A model generated the notes under the pieces. The model was given only the letters and a program-made list of their open reading frames with translations, searched no databases and was not told where the DNA came from. A stretch of 64,000 nt of DNA from Trichinella spiralis (Eukaryota), in contig NW_003526941.1 of NCBI RefSeq assembly GCF_000181795.1, positions 7,305,930 to 7,369,929 on the forward strand, written 5' to 3'. Both the position numbers and the translations under genes were made by a program. Below, piece after piece: positions 54,711-64,000 of this stretch. Position 1 is the stretch's first letter. Each line of letters opens with the position of its first letter.

Positions 54711-57700
54711 GCATAGATGTTCAAAAGTTTGAAATAATGTTTTCCATTTTAATTAAAAAAGTTGTTACAAATAATAAAACAACACAATTAATCGACTGTT
54801 GTTAGGGATTACATTATTTTATCAGCTAATCGAATGATTTGTTTGCTTAAAATACACTTGCAACTTCACTGAACAGAAAATGTTGTTTGAAAAGTATCAA
54901 TAAAAAATTGCTTAATTGCAACCAACCCACTGTTTGTGCTGACAGTGATAGCATCGGTTTTGGAAACGACGTCATTGACGCTTGGAACATCTCCCTGGGA
55001 GAAAATATAAAAATGCAATGTGTGTTCATTTAGTGCTGCAGCAGACTAGTGTAATTTTGTTCAAAGCAATACAAATGTCCAAAAGACGACCGACCACCTT
55101 TCATCAAATACATCCGATGCGCAGTAAGTACGTGAATAATGGAAAATATAAATATTTAACTAAATATATACATATATGTTATGCATTGATGAGTGAAAAG
55201 AATGATCAATTTGCAACTTTGTTTCCAATGTTGAAACATTCCAAACCGATGATAAAAGCAAATACTATGCATGGTATGGTGAAAATATTTTTGTCACTTT
55301 TTGCTTTGAACATTAATTTTTCTAGTTTTGCGTTTTTTTTTCGAAAATGGTTTCACTTGATCACTTGACTAATAATATAGTACAGAAAAGTGTCACTTTT
55401 CCAAATGTCATATCCATTATGCTGCTTTGTGATTGAAATTGTAAAAGAAAAAGAGACTAGAGAAATACTGGAGAGAGGTAATTAAAGAGTTAATATTTCA
55501 ATCCAAGATGTTCAGTATTTTTTCCATTCAACAATTATCCAAAAGAGATTTTAAGAATGATTAAGTAATTAAGAAAAAAGAGGTAAAGAAAGAGCAAAGA
55601 AAGAAAAAAAAATAGAAATATCAAAAGGTGATTTGCTTTGAAAATAAGTTCTCAGATCGTGAAGAAAGCAGCAAGCAAGCAAGCAATAAAGCGCAATTGT
55701 GCAGGAGAACTGAGAGACAAACACGTACGAATTGGCTTTCAAACTTTTCCAATGGGGAAAGTTCAAGGCAGGCAGTAGTATAAAAAGTTAGCAGCAGCAG
55801 CAGCAGCCGTTAGCATGAAACAACGACCGGCTTGATTTATAATATTAAAACCCAACGCCATCTATATCCTCCCACTGAGCAGGTACTTCCGGTTGGCATG
55901 TTGAAATTTCACACCGCGCGCAAATTTCAGATGCTAAAACGTTGGAAAGATCCGTTGTTGTTATTTTCGCAAACATCAATGTCAATAAAATGTTGCTGTC
56001 AACAACAAAGGAAAGAAAAAAAATATTTTCTTTTTTGTTTTGCTATTTGCATTTATTACAACTTGGTGGGAAAAATGAATGTTATTGTTGTAGTTGTAAA
56101 TGATTGGATCTTTTTTGACGATGAATATTTTTCAGAACATCAATGCCGAGATGATAGAGAAGTAGAAGAATATTCTGACGTGAAGCAGCTGCCACACAAG
56201 GTCGACTCGTGCGTATGTTATGTGTATGCATCATGCATGCTCTGTGTCTGAAGCCGGTCCTGACAGGGTCGTGTTTCTGATGCGATGCAATTCATGACGA
56301 TTTTGTTGTGCACCTTACGGTTACGGATGCGGTGGCTGTTAATAACGATAATTGTCGTAAAATACAACCAAAAATAAGATAATCAACCGAACACCAGCAG
56401 AAGAATTGTTCACAAAACTATGCACACAAGCAGCGAAGAAGATCTAATGATAATAATAATCATCAACATTGTCATCTTCAAAAATGTAAGTGGGAAATGT
56501 ATTTTTTTTGTTTCGTTTTGTTTTTTGATTTTTCATCATTTTTGCACATGTTTGCTCATATCAACAACAAACAGAACTTTCAATTGCAATTTAAGAAGAA
56601 AAAGAATAAGAAACTTTTACACTTCACAATTTTGCAACCATTTTCATCAGTTTAATGTTTGAATGATACGGCAGAAGAAAGAGGAGGAGAGGTTTTCATG
56701 AAAACAACATAAACTGACTGAACAACTTTCCCACGATCTTCAGATAAAACAACAACAAAACAAAAATTAGCTAACGCAGCTTCATCTCTCACTGCATGTG
56801 GTACAACAAGAGCGATACAAAAGCAATGATAAAAATTGTTGTCGTCATCATTTCTTCTCTGCAGCATGATATTTATATTGCAGGTCAATCAATCAATCAA
56901 TTAATTAATTTATTGGCGGCTAATTGAGTGGATTTGCCAACGTCATCGGTATTATTATTATTATTATTATTATAATACCTCGATTACTATACTACAGCAA
57001 ACCAACAAGTACCACTAGCACTATACTTTTAACATTTCCATCACAATACAAAAATATGAAGTTGTTTGTTTTTTGCTTCATATACTACAAAAATGAAAAA
57101 GAGAAAACAACTATTGTTATCTTCGGTTTCTGGTCAAGTAGCAAAGTGGAGATAAAAGGCCAACGTTGTCACATGTAGAATAGGTCAGATGCAAATCGCA
57201 ATGATGAAAAGAAGAAGAATAAAAAATATGCATATATGTGTATATGCAATAATGCAATCTGTTGATCATAGAGAACGATTAACTGATCCGTAAAAAATGG
57301 AAGCCAAGCTAGATAGATAACTTTCTCTTACAGCATTTATTATCTATTGCATGGATGCTTTGTTGTGCAAAAATGATTAGTCATATTTTCCGTTGATATC
57401 GATGACAGAATCTTCAATAAATTGCCCAAAATAGAATATTAAAAAAAACCACACAAAATTGATGATCAAAATGAAAAGCCAACTTTTCCGAATTTCAGGC
57501 TTTTGTAAGAAGATAAAAATTTGAAGAAGCACGTCGCCTGGCATCAGAGACACTTTGGTATGCGAAAAACGAGGTCGGCTGTTGGCGGTAAGTTAAGATC
57601 TATGTTCTGGCTTCAGTGGAAGCCCGCCGGCAAGGCGACCTTGTCCCAAGACGGACACGTGTCACAAACGTGAGACTTGAACGAGTTTGAAGAAGAGAAA

Positions 57701-60700
57701 ACTTACAAAATTGAGCCACACATCATCATCATCATCATCATATTTTCTCATACCTGTTGTTTACTTATTACATGTAAAAAAAGTAAACAACAACAGTGAA
57801 CCACAACAAAAGGTAGCTATTTGAATCAATACAAAAATGATGCAAATTACTAACCGATTGTCAAGCCGACCAGACGGCGCCAATATATGTGTGTGTGTGT
57901 GCTTGTGTGTCGCGTTTTCGTCGTCATCCATGTTTACATTGCAAAGATGCACACGTTTGTAGAAGATTGCAACGTACGGCAAAGAGATCCGGCCAGATCC
58001 TTCCCTCATAATTTTAGCTCACCAATCGATGATGATGATGATTGAACTATTACTGAGAAAATGCCTCAATTCGAAAAGCTGCATCTTCTTCGCCTCTCTC
58101 ATTTCCTCTGCTGCATAAATACAACTACACACAAAAATGAACCCTGTTTCAAGTATCTCCAACCAAAGGTATGTAACTTCACATTTACATTTGCATAAAA
58201 TTTAAACTTTACAAACAATTTCAATTTACAGTAGAAAAAATAGTAATTCTTTGTAAAAAAAATTTCCCTCTGCACGAAGAAAATTATAATATCAGTATTT
58301 AAAATAATAAACTCTTAAAATATATAAACTGCAATAAAAAATGTTCATAAATAGTTTCAGATAAAAAACTCTGAATAATTAATATTGTCATAAGTTGAAA
58401 ATAATCATTATCATTAATTACGGTTTATTTTTTGATCAAAAACATAGAAAAATCACCTCACACCAACCTTTGTGTATATTGAAATCAATCAAAATTATTT
58501 CATTGCAAATTAAATGGCGCCAGACAGTTGTAATATTTACAGTAGCAGTGTGCTTACAGTATTTACGGGAAATGTACTACTAAAAGGTATGTACAGATTC
58601 GACGGATTGCATTTTTTTATTCTATTATTTAAACGTATACTTTTTTTTCCACTTGCAACTACTGCAAATTGTTACTCGGTGGTGTAGTATTTGCTTTCAA
58701 ATAATGGACAATCATAATGATCATTCAATTTGAAATTTTCAGTAAAAAAGCAATTGACAATAATCAAAAATAAACACGCAGAATTGTTTACATAAATTAA
58801 TAAATATGTAATTTTTATGTATTGAATTGAAAGCAGTTCATTTTTCATCTGTAAATTCAATTTTCCAACCGTTGTTCAAACTGCTTGCGGTGAAGGACTG
58901 AAGCAATATTATGCATCATTTTGCTTAGCAAATAGACGATACACGACCAGACATTGTTTAAGTACAGCGGAGTAGACATTTTTGGGCAAAGCTTGGCGAC
59001 CAGCCGACGCCAGCTTTTTCGGCTTTGCAAATGCAAATACAGGTGCGTTGATAAACTTATTTGAAGAAATTCATTCCAAGACAAGAGTCAACAAAATCTG
59101 CTTTCTCAAAAAGCTACCCTTTCACAAAATTGTTGGCGAAATGCCAGATTCCGTTTGTCAAATAGAAAATTTTTCATAATGTAACACATGAGCAAAGTAA
59201 ATTATGCATGCTAAAACAACAGTTTGTTTGTTGTAAGCTTGTACGAACGGGCAAATGACAATGAAAATCAATTTCACATTTTCAAACTAATAATAATTAG
59301 AATAAACACAAAGTATTTAAAATGATGTAAAAAAATACGAGAAAATTGCATCCATTTGATGTTCCACTAGTTTTGTGATACGTATCTTTGGAAAAAGAAC
59401 CGAAACAGCACATAGATGTGAAAGTATTCAAATTCCACTGTGCCAGGCCGTAAAGATGAAAATGGCAAACAGGAACATTTATTCAGCTGAATAATATTTC
59501 AATGAATGATATTTAATATCAGTCGTGTGTTTTCTGTCTGGAGATTTGAATTCAAGTAAATTGCGGTGGAATAATATTTGAAATTAATTTACGCATTACA
59601 AATTATTATACGAAACAAAACTTTGCAAAAACCCCCACAGTTGATTGAAGTTTGAAATTTTCGTTTCCTACCTATCTGTTAGCTGGATGCCAGTTTATAA
59701 TGATAGCATTTTCCTTTCACCGGTGTAGATGACTCGTTTTTCATTAAATAATTATAATCATAAATAATGAATGCATTCGACACAACTTGATCATGATGAG
59801 AGAAAAAAAACCAGGAATAATTCCTCCATATAAGAGAATTACTTAATGCTTAATTAAAAGAGGTAAATTTTTACAAGATTGTTTGTCGATTTTTGAAGCA
59901 GAAAAACAACCGTTTGAAAAAGTTAATTATACACAATGGTTTGCAAAGTTGACGGTGAGAAAAGCTTCCCCAAGAGACAGATATTGCGCATCGATCAGAT
60001 TCTTTTCTGCCCTAAGAACAAAACACCTTCCAGCTTATCGAATTAACAAATACGAATTTCCCATTTCCCCATACATCATCGATATTACTTTTCCAAAGTT
60101 GCCTTTTTTTTAAAAAAATTTTAATAACACATTCGATAGATTGAAAAAAAGTTATAATTGGTCGATGAAATTGAACACCCCTCAGTGTTATATGTGGGAA
60201 GTGTAAATGGTGACTGGCGCAGTATGTGACCGTTCAGAATTGAAATTTAACTTGCAGGAGAAAAAACATTTTTCAAGCGTTCTTGTATCCAAGCGACCGG
60301 CCGGCGGTCGGTCAAAAATATCATCAATCTGTTTAATGCTTTTGTGCTTTCTTTCTTTCTGTCCATCTATAATATTTTTCCTACTATTCAATGCTGATTG
60401 ACGGTTTTGTTGCATTTTTGAAAACTATCCGCATCTATCTGTGGACGATTTGAATTCTCAAAAGTAAGTTTTCCCTTTAATTGTCCCACTTCTCGAATGT
60501 TAGCTTGAGAAAAATTGAGAAAAACCGTTTCCATTAAAATACAAACGTCGGAAAGTTGAAAACTTAATACAGTAAACTGATTGTTAAGTGTTTTCGTAAT
60601 TTGGATGAAATTTGTGAAATAAAAAAGCGATCAAGTGAAACGACGGTGAGTTAATGGTCAATTTGAAAATTGCCGACTGTTCAGTGAACTGGATTAAATT

Positions 60701-63700
60701 TCGCCGCAGCAAAATGTTCAACCTTGACGTTGTGAATATTGATTGTGAAGAAAAATGTTGATCAAAGAAAAAACAACAAGTAGTTGATATTATAGTCATT
60801 TTGACGTTGTAAATGAAAATAAAAATAACAAAGAGGGAGGAAAAACTGACCCGCACGGGAAGTTCGTGAAACCAAAGTGGACACGTAAAAAATATGTATA
60901 AAAAAATCAGAAATACAAGTTGTTCTTTCTTCTTAAATTCAAAAAACTATTATTAAATTTGAATTTTTTCAAAAAAAAGAATTTTTGAAATTTGAAAAGT
61001 AGCTAATTTTTCCGTGTTATTATCAGAAAGTTACTGTAGCAATGAAAAATCTTGTGAGCGAAAAGAGAAACATTTTGAAAAGTGAAAGTGAGTGAGTGAG
61101 TGAGAGAATAAGTGAAAGCCAGCGGGATGGATGGATGTTGATCGTTCGGTTGGGTTGGGGGAAATTTTGCGAAACGTGTTTCGTGTCCGGCTCGTTGTTT
61201 TTCAGTTCATGCTTGACAGAGGAGCGTTGAAATAAATTTTGTCCGGCTGCAATTAACACAGCCAGTTCGACAAATGTCGCGTTCCCTTTTTTTTTCTTCA
61301 TTTTCTTCTTGAAAATTGTTCATTAAAAAGATAATAATAAAAACAAGAAGTGACCGTCGATTGCAACGTGACTTTCTACTATTCTGCTAATATATGCTAA
61401 TGCTGAGTAATTCAATTGTTGTTGTTTTGTTTTGTTTTTTTAAACTTTATCTCGTATCAACTTTTTGAAATATGATCCATTCATATTTTATTATGCAAAA
61501 TTTGATGATCATCAATTTCAATACTACTTGAGTGCCTTTTTGTTGATCACTGTGGTCCACGTCATCGTTGGTGCCGTCGATCGTGCCGTCGACTATTTCC
61601 CGATCGTGGCGGGTGTGGCTATTGCATAATGGCGGATGCTGCTAATGAAGAAGTTATGCAGAAAAAAATTATGCTTTTCCTCCCCGATCTGTCAACAAGT
61701 TTGCCGCTGAATTTCAAGCTGAAGTACCAGAAAACGAAAGCAAGTTCAATTTTCAACACGTCGTCTGGGAAGAAACCAAAAAATTCCACTCGGACCGTCG
61801 TCATTTTTGAATAAGCTCTATTAATATTATTTTTCGAGAACAATTTTCACACGAATATCAAAATACACAAGAACAACAACACCAAGGAGTGAAATTTAAA
61901 TTTCCGAATTAATTATAATTATTATAATTCATGCATTTTTAAGAGTTCTATATTTCTTGTTTTATTTGTTGCTTTGTAAAAAAAGAATTTTTTTTAATAA
62001 TCATGAGTATTATGATGAGAAAGTCTGTTTTCAGAATTTTCAATGGAACGAAGAAAAGATTGTCCTCTCAAAGTATTGTTGTTGCAGACGGTGCGAAAAC
62101 AAAATTATACGGATACACACGCTGACGCCCACGCCCGACCGCCCGGCCGTTTGTTCAATTGCGTTCACGTTTCAAGCGTTCAACTTTGAACATTAAAAGG
62201 CGAATCATAAATCATCAACAGGCAAAATTATAATTTATATCAAAACGATTCGCATGGATAAATTATTAATTAATTTTCAAATAATAATTCCCTATTCCGA
62301 AATCGACACTTCGCAGACACGGTAACGCGGCTCGCTCAGGGTTTTGGCGATTTTTATCGATCAGTTTTCATTTTCGAATTTGACCCCAATTAGCAATAAG
62401 CATCGGCGTAGCTTAAGCGATGACGACCACCGTCAACGTTTTTCGCCCACCGTTAGTCGGGGGATATCTATCGACATTTTCTTTTCCTGGTCAACTTTAT
62501 CAGACATACAGACATTTTCTTTCTTACCAAAATTTTCCCATCTGGTTTTCAAGTTTATCACAAATTAATATACCAATTATTAATAATATTTTTTTTTCCA
62601 TTTTCCAAAAGCTGAAACAAGATTTGAATAAGAAGGAAGTTTTTCTAGAACCAAACAACAAGCCAGACAGATTGGAAATATTCGATTCACGTACTGTTGA
62701 TTTGAAAACAAAAGAAGGTTTATAGCTAACGTTCGGCCTGATTATTTATTACGTGAACAAGGAGAACATTTGCACTTGTTATAAATTTTTTCTTTTTTGT
62801 AATTTTTTCCTTCGCTTTCGCTTTTCACTGCTTCCTTCGCCTTGCTATAGACACGGGATATCTAGGTCAGGGCCAAGATACCAGTTGTGGCTTGGTTTCT
62901 CCTCAGGCGCGTGGGTGTTTGAAGAAAATTTGTCAACGGCAGCTGCCGTCTCCACACACGGCAGAAAGCGTTTTATTGTTTGAAACAATTTCGCCAAATT
63001 GGGGAACCCCCCCCCTCCATTATCCCCGTTATGTAAAAGAAGGCACCGCCGCCGGGGTCAATTTCCTCTTCAACATTTGGAAATGAGCCAACAACAACAA
63101 CAACAACAGCAACAAGTCTACGCCAGACGCCGTCACCGTCACCATTTACCGTTTGTGCCTGCACCTGTCCGTCCGTCGGTCTGCTTTTTGTACTTTTTGT
63201 TCTTATTCACCACCACCGTTGCAGGCCATTTCGAGCGTTCTCATTTCATTCCATCATCAAACCAACTACAAGCACATACACACAACAGCAGCAGCAGCAG
63301 CAGCAGTCACGTTTTCATTTTACCACCAAGTGCCATGACATGAGATTGATTGTGTTATTATTTTTATTTTTATTTTCACATCAATTAATACTACACACCA
63401 ATCCCATATATTTTCACTTGTCCAATTAAGGCATTGGCAAACTTATTCTTTTGTTTCTTCTGCTTTCTTTCTTTTCTTTGCCTGCCTGCCTGCGATCCGT
63501 CTATATGTTAAAGCGTTGTGTTAGCTACTACTACTACTACTACTAGTTGTCGGGATGTTGCTTATATATATGTTTTCTTCTTCATTCACATTCTCTCTCA
63601 CTTATTCATTCTTCTTTCAGAAACGGCAGCTGTTTTGTGTTTGTTGCATTTGTGATGTTATGTTCGTTGATGGAAACGTATGAATGGAATAGTTGAAGAA

Positions 63701-64000
63701 AAAGCTGTGCAGACGACACACACAGAGAGTGTGTGTGTGCGTGTGAGAAGAGCCAGAGATTAAAGAAAAAAAAACAACACAACGACAACTTCAAAGCAAA
63801 TCAAAGTCACTCATTTTCAAAAGCAAAATTCCACTTCACATCCAATCCTACCCAACTTCACTTGGATGAGAATGAAAAATCAAAAAGAAAAATCGTTTCA
63901 TTCTTTTTCTGCGTTTAAAGTCGGCGGCGGCGGCGGTATCGTTGACCGAAATCCGTTGCTTGGCTATGCAGATTCGACGGTCGCTTGTCGGTCGCTGATT

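Noticed and set aside
59674..59740. tcaccggtgtagatg resembling a miR-35/36-family seed
   Set aside because: The surrounding fold-back is weak and bulged, and the seed match is incomplete.

Overview
Eukaryotic, AT-rich, short-intron genomic DNA. The gene content and style suggest a nematode, possibly a clade I species such as Trichinella (inference). The window is a draft scaffold of 7 contigs separated by N-gaps at 2073-2082, 18971-18980, 28280-28289, 44305-44314, 46855-47499 and 50468-50477. Genes supported by reading the exons: the 3' part of papilin/MIG-6 (7 Kunitz, Ig, PLAC), Rab1, a 4-TM membrane protein, an intronless divergent ionotropic-receptor-like gene, Girdin/Daple (CCDC88) split over three contigs, a DHRS7-like SDR and an SLC36 amino-acid transporter (each present twice), threonyl-tRNA synthetase and a divergent Rab-like GTPase. 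The region from about 51.6 kb to 64 kb is gene-poor. The apparent duplications line up with contig ends and look like haplotigs or mis-ordered contigs. The most unusual signal is in the Girdin intron at 48373-49713: a patchwork of three 23-40 nt antisense copies of separate parts of the upstream exon. One copy masks the 5' splice site and lies inside a competing 28-bp hairpin, and every internal mismatch is G-U compatible in the sense RNA. Other candidates are a non-AUG mitochondrial extension of ThrRS, a Girdin isoform lacking the PDZ motif, a ThrRS-SLC36 operon and two pre-miRNA-like hairpins.
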